Positions 1 through 10,026 are shown, numbered from the stretch's first letter. The stretch is 64,000 bases of DNA from an uncultured Chloroflexia bacterium (GCA_963840385.1 CAWIYS010000009.1:189087-253086); one strand, 5' to 3'. Translations and numbers: made by a program. The notes: generated by a model not told the origin, from the letters alone.

Positions 1-830
1 GCGCCCGTCGGGCGCTTCGACCACAGCAGACGCCCGTCCCGGTCGAGCATCCGCAGCTCGCCCTGCCCGTCGGAGGCCTGCTTCCAGGAGAGCAGGCGCG
101 CACCGTCCGGCGACCAGACGCCTCCGCCGTCCAGCGGGGTCATGCGTCCACTGGTCGCGTCAACGAGGAACGTGCTCACGATGCTGCCGGCTGCCGGCGG
201 CGTAGACATCGTCAGCACGAGCCGGCCGCCGTCGGCACTCCACTCGGCATAGGCGTACGCCACGTCGATGCCCGCCGTCGAGGCGATCGCGCGCAGCGCT
301 CCAGTCGAGCCGACGCTCGCCAGCGCGAGACTGTCCGCGGTCGCGCCGAGCAGCGTCTTGCCGTCGGGCGAGATGCTCGCGAACGGACCGGTGAACGCCG
401 CCAGCCGCGTTCGCTGGCCGCTCTTTGTATCGAGCAGGTACCAGGTATTATCCGTAGCGCCGCCGCACGGAACGGGGCCGGAGTTCACTTTCGGCTCCAT
501 GCAGGTGTAGACGACCTTCCCGGCGTCCGCCGAGAACCCGCCCACTGTGAAGCTGAACGGCATAGGACCGGCATCTTGGAACGCAGCCGCAGGCACCAGC
601 CATGCCTCAGCCGCACCGGTCACGGGGTCGAGGAAGAAGATCCCGGCCTGCCCGTCCGCGCTGATCGTTTCGCCCGGCGCGAAGATCTCGTGCCGGGGCA
701 TGGGCGCCTCGACGACGGAAGCTGTCGGCGTCGCTGCCGGTGGGGTCGGTGTAATTGGTTTTGTGGCAGACCCGCCGCATCCGGCGATCAACGCCACCCC
801 TGCCATGACCGGGAAGATGGAGCGTCTCAC
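1..830 (-). CDS. Lipoprotein with TolB/WD40-like beta-propeller repeats, partial (3' end runs off window start)
   Basis: Hand translation of the minus strand from a GTG at 828-830 gives VRRSIFPVMAGVALIAGCGGS..., a signal peptide plus lipobox (LIAGC). This is followed by repeated SPDG/ADG-type propeller-like motifs. It is not in the ORF table because it has no internal stop and exits the window. Confidence 0.45.
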   Translation of the reverse strand, partial: MRRSIFPVMAGVALIAGCGGSATKPITPTPPAATPTASVVEAPMPRHEIFAPGETISADGQAGIFFLDPVTGAAEAWLVPAAAFQDAGPMPFSFTVGGFSADAGKVVYTCMEPKVNSGPVPCGGATDNTWYLLDTKSGQRTRLAAFTGPFASISPDGKTLLGATADSLALASVGSTGALRAIASTAGIDVAYAYAEWSADGGRLVLTMSTPPAAGSIVSTFLVDATSGRMTPLDGGGVWSPDGARLLSWKQASDGQGELRMLDRDGRLLWSKRPTG

Positions 831-970
831 CACGCCGTGATCATACGCCTGGTGGTCAAGCACACATCATTCTGCGATGGTGCGCGTTCGATCGCTTGAT
901 CGACGGTTCGCTTAACGGACCGACATCTCGTCAGACCGGCGCGGGAACAAGCGGCGTCTTCCCTTCGGTT

Positions 971-1795
971 TCAGCTGGTCGGAACCGTAAGCGCGCCTGC
1001 GAAGACCTGCCATGCCAGCAGCGACTTGGCGGTCAGGCTGAGCACGATGTAGCCATACTCGCCGAACAGGTACTCGCGCCAGGGGCCCATGCGCCGATAC
1101 TGCAGCCACATGTTGAGCGCGAACAAGCCGTACCAGACGAAGAGGGAGAAGAAGATCGCGTAGACGAACGCGGGCGGATTTCCGGGGCCCGTGCCCGGCG
1201 ACCACAGGTAGAGCGCGATGACGGCCCACGGTATGGCCCCGGCCATGCAGCCGAAGACGAACGGCGTCCAGTTCACCGTTTCGCCCGGCTCGTTGTGGAT
1301 TTCCATGAGGAGCCCGAACAGCAACATCGTCGCGTTCAGCGAGAAGATGAGGATCAGGCTGCCGAGGTCATACATGCCGGGGAGCATGGCGATGACTGCG
1401 ATCATGAGTGACGCGCTCAGCGCGTACTCCCACCAGCGCACGTAGTTGATCGAGCGTCGAAGATTGCCGACGTACCAGCGGTTCACGCCAGGCAGCGCCA
1501 CGAGTGCGTGCGCGAACGCGGAGATGAACAGGAACAACGCGACGAGCGGCGCCAGCTGCAGATCAGTGATGTCCCGCGTTGCCGTTGCGAGCGCCTGGCG
1601 CTCGTCATCGAACCGCAGGAATGACGTGCGGACGGGAACCGTCGCCTCGTTGCTGAGCAGTAGAATGGCGACACCCTGACCTGTGTGCAGGAGCGCCATC
1701 AGGATATTGAAGAGGCGAAGCCGGGACCACCCGCGATCGTTCATTCCTGCACCCCACTCAATATGGCTAATCGCGTGGCCGCTGTGATCGGTCAC
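971..1795 (-). CDS. Heliorhodopsin (7TM retinal protein). The start is uncertain: GTG at 1795 or ATG at 1744.
   Basis: The 274-aa ORF aligns along its length with heliorhodopsin 48C12. Matching blocks are RWWEYALSASLMIAVIA, FGCMAGAIPWAVIALYLWSPG and GEYGYIVLSLTAKSLLAWQVF. The Schiff-base Lys (SLTAK), the counterion Glu (RWWEY) and both conserved His residues are present. Confidence 0.85.
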   Translation of the reverse strand: MTDHSGHAISHIEWGAGMNDRGWSRLRLFNILMALLHTGQGVAILLLSNEATVPVRTSFLRFDDERQALATATRDITDLQLAPLVALFLFISAFAHALVALPGVNRWYVGNLRRSINYVRWWEYALSASLMIAVIAMLPGMYDLGSLILIFSLNATMLLFGLLMEIHNEPGETVNWTPFVFGCMAGAIPWAVIALYLWSPGTGPGNPPAFVYAIFFSLFVWYGLFALNMWLQYRRMGPWREYLFGEYGYIVLSLTAKSLLAWQVFAGALTVPTS

Positions 1796-2161
1796 GTTCG
1801 AGGAAAAGCGCGCCCATGCGCTCCGTCAATTCAAGTGTCGCGCCCGCTCCGCCGATCACCACGCCGATCACTTCATCGCACGCCATCGCATCAGTCTTAA
1901 TTTCTCTTGGAAAGGAATGATGATACGGCCAACGGGTGGCAAGGTCACCTGCCCAAATGACACGCGCGGATCGGGGACCTGGTGGGCTCGACCAAGACTG
2001 CACCATTGTGCCATCGTGCATGTTCGAATGCGGAGGGCGACCGCACGCCCCCGAAGCGTTGCTTCGCTCGTATTCCCGCCGCCGAACCGCCCCGACTCCC
2101 CGGACTGAGCCCGACGACCGGCGGCTGCAATCAGTTCAGGGCTGCGCCGGAAAAGATTAGT

Positions 2162-2191
2162 TTGACAAACCTAAAGTAGTAGCCGCATAAT
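2162..2191 (+). promoter_or_regulatory. Sigma70-like promoter candidate for the NHL-repeat gene: TTGACA, 18-nt spacer, CATAAT
   Basis: TTGACA at 2162-2167 and CATAAT at 2186-2191 lie about 55 nt upstream of the ATG at 2247. They sit in an AT-richer patch of an otherwise 70% GC region. Confidence 0.4.
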
Positions 2192-2246
2192 CGCCACCTA
2201 CCTCGAAATCTGCGCCGGTGCGCATGGGCAAGCGTGAGGGCGGCAG

Positions 2247-4423
2247 ATGAAGTGGCGTACGTTCTTCCCCGTCATCTCCGGTTCGTTCGTCGCGCTGAGC
2301 GCGCTCGTGCTTGCGGTAGCGGTCTTGGCGTCGCCTGCGGCGGCCGCGCCGGGCGACACGATTGCTGACAGGGTCCTCGGCCAGCTGGGCAGCTTCACGA
2401 CGCAGGGCTGCAACAACGGCGGCGTCACGGCCACGTCGCTGTGCGATCCCTCGGGGGTCGCGGTGGACAGCAACGGCAACGTGTACGTCGCGGACATGTG
2501 GAACAACCGCGTGCTCGAGTACGACAATCCGCTGGGCAGTCTGCGGCAGCTGCGACGCCACGGCGGACCGGGTGTTCGGCCAGCGGGGCAGCATGACCTC
2601 CCGTGTCTGCAACCTCGGGCGGCATCTCGGCGACGAGCCTCTGCATGCCGGTGGACGTCGCGGTTGACAACGCCAACAACCTGTACGTCGTCGACTTCTA
2701 CAACAACCGCGTGCTCGAGTACCTCACGCCGCTCACGTCGCAGACGGCGGGGCGGGTGTTCGGGCAGGCCGGGAGCTTCACGACCGGGACCTATACGACG
2801 ACCCCAACGGCCAACACGTTGACCAATCCGATCTCGGTGGCCGTTGACAGCGCCGGTGACGTCTACATAGGTGACCGGGGGATGCACCGCATCCTTGAGT
2901 ACGACCCCCCGAACTCGAACACGACGGCGAACCGCGTGTTCGGTCAGCTCGGGAGCTTGACGACGGGAACCTTCAACAACGGCGGCATCGGCGCCGACAG
3001 CCTGGGCGACTTCAACGGCATCGGCGTCGACGCGGCTGGGAACCTCTACGTCGCCGACCTCAATAACTCCCGCGTGCTGAAGTACAACACGCCGATGTCG
3101 TCTGATACGACGGCGGATATGGTGTTCGGTCAGCTCGGCAGCTTCACGAGCGCGGTGCCAAACCTCGGAGGCGTGACCGCGGACAGCCTGGAATCGCCGA
3201 CGGACGTCGGCGTTGACTCAGCCGGAAACGTCTACATCACCGATACCGGGACGGAGCGCACGCTTGAGTACGACAACCCGGTCGGCCTCGGCACCTCGGC
3301 CGATGTCGTATTCGGCCAGGGAAACAACCTTACGTCGTTCGGCAACAACAGCGGCGGCCTCAGTGCGAGCAGCCAGGCCGATCCGTGGGCAATCGCATTC
3401 GACCACGCCTGCAACTTCTGGACGGTCGACTACGGGAACAACCGCGTGCTGGAGTACGACCAGCCGCCACATGCCTGCGTGGTCGCGGGCAGCCCCACGC
3501 CAACCCAGACGATCTGCCCCGCCTCGGTTTGCACGCCCATGCCGACGATCACTGATACGCCAACGCCCACGGCCACACTGACATGCACGCCGAACCCGAT
3601 CCAATCCTGCGCCACGGCGACACCCTGCAGTTTGCCACCCTGCGCAACTGACACGCCGACGGCAACGCCCACGTGTACACCGGGCACGCCCGGGTGCGAC
3701 AACCCGACAGCGACGCCGACCTGTGATCCGGCCATCTCACCCGGATGCGACAATCCGACGTCGACCTCGACGCCCTGCCCTGTTCCTCCGGGCTGCGACA
3801 CCCCGACCTTCACGCCCACGAACACGGCAACGGCGACCGCCACCAGGACGCCAATCGTCACGGCAACTGTCATTGCCACGACGGGGGGCACCATCTCAAT
3901 ATCCGGAGGGTGGCCGTCGGTGTCGTTCGCGAACGGAGCGCTGAGCGCCGATACCCTGATTACAATGGAAGAGCTCGCACTGGCAGACGCGCCGCTAGCA
4001 CCGCCCGGGCATCAGCTGTTGTCTATCATTGATCTCAGCCCGGGCGGCATCCAGTTCTATCCGGCGCAGGTAACCATGACGCTGCCGTACACCGATCCGC
4101 AGCTCGGCGGAGCGAACCCGGCAATGCTCGGTATCTGGACGTATCAGAACGGATCGTGGCGGCCGCTGGGCGGCACGATCGACACAGTGAACAAGACGGT
4201 CAGCGTGCCGGTACCGCACTTCTCGGCGTATGCGTTGATGGCACCGCTCACGCTCGTGTCGGTCGGAGGCGTCGCAGAGGAGCCGTCGTTAGGTGCATCG
4301 CCGGCTTTGGAGGCGCGCAAGACATCGCATACCGTAGCGCTCTTGGCCACGGCGATGTTGGCGATTAGCTCCGCGTCCGTGGCGACCGCTTCGTGGTGGG
4401 CGTTGCGACGCCGTCGGCGTTAG
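2247..4423 (+). CDS. Secreted NHL-repeat protein with a Thr/Pro-rich linker and a C-terminal hydrophobic anchor with polybasic tail. Two frame disruptions near 2545 and 2615.
   Basis: The N-terminus is a signal peptide (MKWRTFFPVISGSFVALSALVLAVAVLASPAAAAPGD). There are at least 7 NHL repeats of the type RVFGQLGSFTT...GVAVDSAGNVYVAD..NNRVLEY. The same repeat unit continues through three reading frames (0, then 1, then 2) between 2540 and 2620. The linker is PTPT-rich. The C-terminus ends ...VALLATAMLAISSASVATASWWALRRRRR. Confidence 0.75.
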
Positions 4424-4742
4424 CCGGGCCGTCGGCGTTAGCCGGGCCGTCGGGCCGCGCGACACAAACCGGGGGTGTCGCGGAGACACGCGAGGACCGA
4501 CGGGTTCGCCTCCGGCGGTCTCAGCAGCGAGCGATTACCGATGCCTCGCCGGACACGGTGTCCCCATGGTGCAGGCTCCAGCTGTACAGGCTTCTCAACA
4601 GAGCATACAATCGCGGCCATGCCGCGTGAGTGATCGCTGCTGCCTGCGACTCTCAGCGACGTTTTGCGCAGCTTTGCCGAGGATATGGTTGTGACTTCCC
4701 CGCTTCGCCGTGAGACTGGAGCGCGCGCTAGGAGTGGATGCC

Positions 4743-5144
4743 ATGAGCGACATTTGCATCGTCAAGCCGAATCAGCGGGACGCCGGAACCGCGCAGACGC
4801 CGGGCATGGAGCGGTCTGCGGGGGTCTCCCCTGGCACGTGCGGCGCGGCCGGCATCTGGATGGGCGAGGTCACGACCGCGCCGGGCTTCCGCTCGGGCGC
4901 ACACCATCACGGCGAAGTCGAGAGCGCCATCTACGTGACGGAAGGTACGATCCGCATGCGCTGGGGGGACCACTTGGAGCACAGCGTCGAGGCGTCGCGG
5001 GGCGACTTCGTCTTCGTACCAGGGCAACTGGTGCATCAGGAGATGAACGCGTCCACGACTGAGCGTGCTGTGGTGATCGTGGCGCGCGGCGGGCAGGACA
5101 ACATCGTCGTGAACGTCGAAGTTCCGGAAGCAAACGAGAGCTGA
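4743..5144 (+). CDS. Cupin-domain protein
   Basis: The region HHHGEVESAIYVTEGTIRMRWGD...GDFVFVPGQLVHQEMN matches the two-motif cupin signature (G(X)5HXH...G / PG.H). The likely start is MSDICIV. Confidence 0.65.
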   Translation: MSDICIVKPNQRDAGTAQTPGMERSAGVSPGTCGAAGIWMGEVTTAPGFRSGAHHHGEVESAIYVTEGTIRMRWGDHLEHSVEASRGDFVFVPGQLVHQEMNASTTERAVVIVARGGQDNIVVNVEVPEANES

Positions 5145-5809
5145 GGCACCGCCCAGGCAATTCGCAACAAGGCGAGCTTCGTGCGCGATATCAACAAGAA
5201 CGGCTTGACCGCGCCCTATTCCCCGACCCTGGCGTGACGGACGCTAAAGTTCTATGCGCCGCGAGGTCAGCGCACACCCTTCCTCCGTTCCAGTTCGTCC
5301 ACCTCGCCAGAAACCCAATTCGCACGATTCCACGACGCCGCTCGGATGCCCCGCCCAAGCGTCATCCCCAATGGGGCCGTATGGGGCCTGCAACGGTGGC
5401 ATTTTCTCTCGGTGGAATGGACCGCCGGGAGCGCGCGTCGGCCGAGGCTGTGCTGAAGCTACGTCGTGAGACGTTTGAACGCCATGACGTCGCGATCCGG
5501 CTTTGTCTTGCGGGCAGGCGCCCGCAGGGCGAGGCTGTCCATGACGAACGCCCAAGAGACGTCCTCGCTTAAGATGGCGCCATCGCTATGACTTCATCGT
5601 GCGCGATGCCGATGCGACGCTCGCTTTGCGGGCCGCGTCCTGACGACTGTTGGCCGCATCGCTGCGCGCCGATCATGTTCTCAGGCGAGGTGCTTATTCC
5701 GCGCCCAGCGGGCCCGGTCGGGTGGTTCCCGCGAGCGGTCCGTGAGCATACCCTGATCGTGTCCGGACACGCGCCGCCAGCCGATCCGGACCGGCCAGAG
5801 GCAAGCTCC

Positions 5810-7042
5810 ATGCCACACAACGAGCCCCCGTTGTCGCTCAAGGCGTATCCGGCGCAGAGGTTCGACGTGGACACACTCGACCGCGTCGTGCTCCTCGCCG
5901 CGGCGAGCGACGGCGTACTCAGCGCGTACCTCGACATCGAACCGTCCGAAACGCAACGAGAAGGATTCGAGGCGGCGCTGCTCGATCTGTGGAAGCCGCT
6001 GCGAGCGGCACTGAAGGACACGGAGCCGGCCGGTCGTCTGGAGGAGGAGATCGACCGCGTCAACACCTACGTCCGCAGCTGGGACGAGCCGCCGGGACGC
6101 TCCGTCGCGATCTTCAGCTCTGCGCCCGGCGACGTCTTCGTGCCCGTGGCCCTCGACGTGCCGGTGCTCGCCGGCGCGCGCTTCGGCCCACGCGCGTATG
6201 TGCTGCCCCTGATCGCCGCATTGGACGAGCACGAGCGCTACTGTGTCGCGCTCGTGGACAGGGAGCGCGCTCGTCTGCTCACCGTGTGGATGGGGCATGT
6301 GGAGCAGAGAATCGAGTTCGAGGATACGCTCCCGGGCCGTGTCACGCGCGGCGGCGGCTGGTCGGCGGGCGCGGAGCGAGGCACCGGCCGGGACGCCTCA
6401 CGGATGGGCCCCGGGCGCGTCCACAGCTCGCAGGGCGGGTACGCGCGTCACATCGACTATCACGTGCATCTGCATCTCCAGCGTGTCGTTGCTGAGTTGT
6501 GGCGGCTGAGCCGGCTTGCTGCCGTCGGTCGGATCGTCATCGGCGGCCCGCCGGAAGCGGTGTCAGCGATGCGCCACATGCTGCCGCGCTCGCTCGCGGA
6601 GCGCGTCGCGGGGGAGTTCGCGGGCGAGTTGTTCGCGTCCGACGCCGAAATCCTCGACCGTGTCCGGGGCATCAAGGAGCAGGCCGAGCGGGCGCACGAG
6701 ACAGCGCTGGTGAAGGAGATTCTGGAGCGCGTGCCGAAAGCGGAGCTTGCGGTCGCTGGCTGGGACGACACGCTGACAGCTCTCTGTGACGGCCGCGCGC
6801 ACGAGCTTGTGCTGATCGAGGGTGAGACCATCGCGGGATACGCCTGTCCCGAAGGGCATTTCGCCGTGATCGAGCACATCGACCGCTGCCCGTACTGCGA
6901 CGAGCCCGTCTGGCAGATTGATGATCTTGCCGCTTGGGCGCTGCGCTGTGCATTTGCGACGGATGCCACCGTGGAGTTCGTTCGCGGTGAGGCCGCGGCA
7001 GCGCTGCGCCCTCACGGCGCGGGTGCGATCCTCCGGTACTAG
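5810..7042 (+). CDS. Bacterial eRF1/Pelota-like protein (baeRF family) with an inserted Cys4 zinc ribbon. The GGQ-equivalent loop reads RGGGWS.
   Basis: The central domain (YCVALVDRERARLLTV ... LPGRVTRGGGWSAGAERG ... SQGGYARHIDYHVHLHLQRVVAEL) parallels eRF1 domain 2 (LPKKHGRGGQSALRFARL...RHNYVRKVAE). The C-terminus ends ...GAGAILRY, like the eRF1/Pelota domain 3 terminus GxGGILRY. A zinc ribbon CPEGH...CPYC is present. The start is taken at the ATG at 5810 (MPHNEPP). Confidence 0.65.
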   Translation: MPHNEPPLSLKAYPAQRFDVDTLDRVVLLAAASDGVLSAYLDIEPSETQREGFEAALLDLWKPLRAALKDTEPAGRLEEEIDRVNTYVRSWDEPPGRSVAIFSSAPGDVFVPVALDVPVLAGARFGPRAYVLPLIAALDEHERYCVALVDRERARLLTVWMGHVEQRIEFEDTLPGRVTRGGGWSAGAERGTGRDASRMGPGRVHSSQGGYARHIDYHVHLHLQRVVAELWRLSRLAAVGRIVIGGPPEAVSAMRHMLPRSLAERVAGEFAGELFASDAEILDRVRGIKEQAERAHETALVKEILERVPKAELAVAGWDDTLTALCDGRAHELVLIEGETIAGYACPEGHFAVIEHIDRCPYCDEPVWQIDDLAAWALRCAFATDATVEFVRGEAAAALRPHGAGAILRY

Positions 7043-7108
7043 GAGATGAATTCGACGCAGCGTCCGTGTAGCCGTGATTGAGAGCCGGGCGGGGATCGAG
7101 GCGCGAGC

Positions 7109-7978
7109 GTGACCACCACGATGACCCTGGGAGTGTTGCTGCACGACGCCGCCGAAAGACTGCGCCGCGCCGGCATCGACGACACGGATCTCGAGGCGGA
7201 CGTACTGCTGCGGCACGCGCTCGGCATGGATGACGACCGTGCGCACCTGTTCGCGCAGCTCCGCGAGCCCGTCGATGCGGCGGCAGCCGTCCGCTTCAGT
7301 GACCTCGTGTGGCGGCGTCTCGCGCATGAGCCAACCGCATACCTAGTCGGCGTGCGCGAGTTCTTCGGATTGAAGCTCGCGTGCTCGCCAGAAGCGCTCA
7401 TCCCGCGCCCGGAGACGGAACTGCTCGTGGAGATCGCCCTCGACTGGCTGGCGCGCCGGACATTGCCATCGATCCCGCTCATCGTTGACGTCGGCACCGG
7501 CAACGGCGCACTGGCGATCGCGCTCGCCGTCCACTGTCCGTCCGCGAGGGTGATCGCCATCGACACATCGCCCGGAGCGCTGCGGCTCGCTAGGCAAAAC
7601 GCCGTGAGCCAGGGCGTCGACGCACGCGTGCAGTTCGTCCGCGGCGACCTATTGGCCCTGCTACGCGTGCCGGCTGACCTCGTGGTGGCGAACCTTCCGT
7701 ACGTCAGCGAGCCCGACTGGGAGGCCCTGCCTCCGGAGATCCGGGAGCATGAGCCGCGCTCGGCGCTCGTCGGGGGACGCGCCGGGACCGAGACGATCGC
7801 GCGGCTGCTGACGCAGGCGCCTGCGCACCTGGCCCCGCGTTCGTTGCTCCTCTGCGAGTGCGGCGATCTCCAGGCCGAGGCGCTGCGCGCCGACGCGACA
7901 CGCGCGTTCCCAAGCGCGCGCATCGAGGTGCGGCAGGATCTGGCCGGCCTCGATCGCGTCCTCCGCGTCGAGCCGTAA
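7109..7978 (+). CDS. prmC: Release-factor glutamine N5-methyltransferase PrmC/HemK family, with variant substrate motif NLPY in place of NPPY
   Basis: It has a HemK N-terminal helical domain and a class I SAM fold (VDVGTGNGALAIALA). The catalytic motif reads VVANLPYVSEPDWE. It is full length. Confidence 0.8.
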   Translation: MTTTMTLGVLLHDAAERLRRAGIDDTDLEADVLLRHALGMDDDRAHLFAQLREPVDAAAAVRFSDLVWRRLAHEPTAYLVGVREFFGLKLACSPEALIPRPETELLVEIALDWLARRTLPSIPLIVDVGTGNGALAIALAVHCPSARVIAIDTSPGALRLARQNAVSQGVDARVQFVRGDLLALLRVPADLVVANLPYVSEPDWEALPPEIREHEPRSALVGGRAGTETIARLLTQAPAHLAPRSLLLCECGDLQAEALRADATRAFPSARIEVRQDLAGLDRVLRVEP

Positions 7979-7987
7979 CGCGGCGCG

Positions 7988-8977
7988 ATGGAACGCCCAA
8001 TCACACTCGCGTTAGCCGGCGACGTCATGCTCGGCAGGATGGTGAACGCCACCATCGCGACGCGAGGGTTCGCGTACCCGTGGGGCGACATCGTCCGAAC
8101 CGCCCGCGATCGAGCTGATCTGTTTCTGATCAACCTGGAGTGCGCGCTCACAGCGAGCACCGGCCGCTGGTTCGATGGCCGCGAGAAGGAGTTCTACTTC
8201 CGCGCCGAACCGTCGGTCGTCGAGACGCTGAAGCTCGGCCGCGTCGACTTCGTCTCGCTCGCCAACAACCACGCCGGCGACTACGGAGACGCGGGGCTGC
8301 TGGAGACGGTGCGCGTGCTCGGTGAGGCGAGCATCGCCCATGCCGGCGCCGGCGTCACGCACGAGGCGGCCGCCGCACCCGCATATCTGGCCTGCGGCGG
8401 CGCGCGTGTCGGCATCGTCGCGTTCGCGGACCATCCGCACGAATGGGAGGCCACCGAGGAATCGCCCGGAATCAACATCACCAGCGTAGGGCCCCTGAGG
8501 GCGGACGTGCGTGACGCCGTCGCGGACGCGCGCGGACATGCCGACGTCGTCATCTTCTCGATCCACTGGGGGCCGAACATGCGGGCCCGGCCGAGCGGCG
8601 CCTTCCGGGAGTTCGCGCGGTACGTGATCGACGCCGGTGCGGATGTCTTCTGGGGCCACAGCGCGCACGTGGTACAGGGCGTCGAGTACTGGCACGGCGG
8701 CGTCGTTCTGTACGACACCGGCGACTTCATCGATGACTACGCGATCGACGGGAGCTTGCGGAACGACCTCTCGGCGCTCTTCTTCGTGCGTATCGCCACG
8801 GGCATGAAGGACGTCGAGTTGCTGCCCGTCCAGATCGACAACATGCAGGTAAGTGTGGCACGCGGGGCCGCGCGCGAATGGTTTGTCCGCCGTATCACGG
8901 CACTCTGCGCCGAGATGGGCACCGAAATTGTGGCAGGCGTAAGCCCGGACACCATCGCCGTCAGGCGGGCGGTCTAG
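7988..8977 (+). CDS. CapA/PgsA-like metallophosphatase (poly-gamma-glutamate capsule synthesis family)
   Basis: Motifs LAGDVMLGR, NLECALT, VSLANNHAGDYG and HWG match the PGA_cap metallophosphoesterase family. Confidence 0.75.
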   Translation: MERPITLALAGDVMLGRMVNATIATRGFAYPWGDIVRTARDRADLFLINLECALTASTGRWFDGREKEFYFRAEPSVVETLKLGRVDFVSLANNHAGDYGDAGLLETVRVLGEASIAHAGAGVTHEAAAAPAYLACGGARVGIVAFADHPHEWEATEESPGINITSVGPLRADVRDAVADARGHADVVIFSIHWGPNMRARPSGAFREFARYVIDAGADVFWGHSAHVVQGVEYWHGGVVLYDTGDFIDDYAIDGSLRNDLSALFFVRIATGMKDVELLPVQIDNMQVSVARGAAREWFVRRITALCAEMGTEIVAGVSPDTIAVRRAV

Positions 8978-9200
8978 GGCGGAGTATTGACTGGCTGTGC
9001 CCCGACGATCACCCTTCAAGGAGGTGCGCGGTGATGCGGGCGATCGACGTCCAGAACGCGATCCCCCCGCGGTGGGCACTCCAACCTGCAGCTCCGGCCG
9101 GCGGATGCGATCGCTGCGCACGCGGCATCGCGGCGACGATTCGCACCGCCTGGCGCCGCTCGTGCGACTTCGTGCGCACACGGCCACAGGAGCCCGAACC

Positions 9201-9914
9201 ATGGACACGACATTCGCCTCGGAAGAGCACGATGTCGTCGTGGAGATCCCGGCCGATGAGGTGACGCTCAACGGCAACCTCAACATCCCGCCAGGGGCAC
9301 GCGGCCTCGTCCTGTTCGCGCACGGCAGCGGCAGCAGCCGCCACAGTCCTCGCAACCGCTACGTTGCCAGCGAGCTGCGCGCGGGCGGCCTCGCCACGCT
9401 GCTCATGGACCTCCTGACGCCCGCCGAGGAGGAGATCGATCTGCGGACGGGAGGGCTGCGCTTCGACATCAGCCTGCTCGCGAAGCGCCTCGCCGCCGCG
9501 GCGGACTGGCTGGGCCAGCACGCCGACACGCAACACCTGAAGGTCGGGTATTTCGGTGCCAGCACCGGGGCCGGCGCGGCGCTCGTCGCGGCGGCGGAGA
9601 AGCCCGCCGCCGTCGGTGCCGTCGTGTCGCGCGGCGGCCGTCCCGATCTCGCGCGCTCGGCGCTCGCGCGCGTGCGGGCGCCAACATTGCTCATCGTCGG
9701 CGGCGACGACCTGCCCGTCATCGCGATGAACCGCGAAGCCTTCGCCGCGCTTCGCGTTGAGAAGAAGTTGGAGATCGTCCCCGGCGCGACGCATCTCTTC
9801 GAGGAGCCCGGGACGCTTGAACACGTCGCGCGTTCCGCACGCCAATGGTTCGAACGCCATCTTACGCCCGCCGGCCAACAAGCAGCGCTCGACGACGAGC
9901 GGGCGGGCAGGTGA
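9201..9914 (+). CDS. Dienelactone hydrolase-family alpha/beta hydrolase
   Basis: VLFAHGSGSSRHSPRN, the nucleophile elbow GYFGASTGAGAAL, and LLIVGGDD/GATHLFEEPG are present. The start is placed at the ATG at 9201. Confidence 0.7.
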   Translation: MDTTFASEEHDVVVEIPADEVTLNGNLNIPPGARGLVLFAHGSGSSRHSPRNRYVASELRAGGLATLLMDLLTPAEEEIDLRTGGLRFDISLLAKRLAAAADWLGQHADTQHLKVGYFGASTGAGAALVAAAEKPAAVGAVVSRGGRPDLARSALARVRAPTLLIVGGDDLPVIAMNREAFAALRVEKKLEIVPGATHLFEEPGTLEHVARSARQWFERHLTPAGQQAALDDERAGR

Positions 9915-10026
9915 TGGGCGCGACCGCGCCGCCGCGAAGATGCAGATCGACACGTCGCCGCGCGGTGAGCACAACACGAAGATGCCCCGGCGCTGCCGAG
10001 GCTTTCAAACCACAGGAGGACACGCC

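Noticed and set aside
896-1795. Plus-strand ORFs 896-1411, 1218-1445, 1446-1679 and minus ORFs 912-1229, 1483-1674 overlapping the heliorhodopsin gene
   Set aside because: These are alternative-frame or antisense ORFs typical of 70% GC DNA, Arg/Ala/Pro-rich with no motifs. The heliorhodopsin frame has clear homology and explains the region.
3430-3894. Minus-strand ORF with VAVAVGV repeats
   Set aside because: It is the antisense translation of the Thr/Pro-rich linker of the NHL-repeat gene. It is not an independent gene.
5160-5809. 650-bp gap between the cupin and baeRF genes, as possibly hosting a small gene or ncRNA (ORFs 5234-5572 + and 5244-5555 -)
   Set aside because: Both ORFs are low-complexity and overlap each other on opposite strands. 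No conserved structure or motif is recognisable by eye. The region is left unannotated; an Rfam or covariance scan would be needed.
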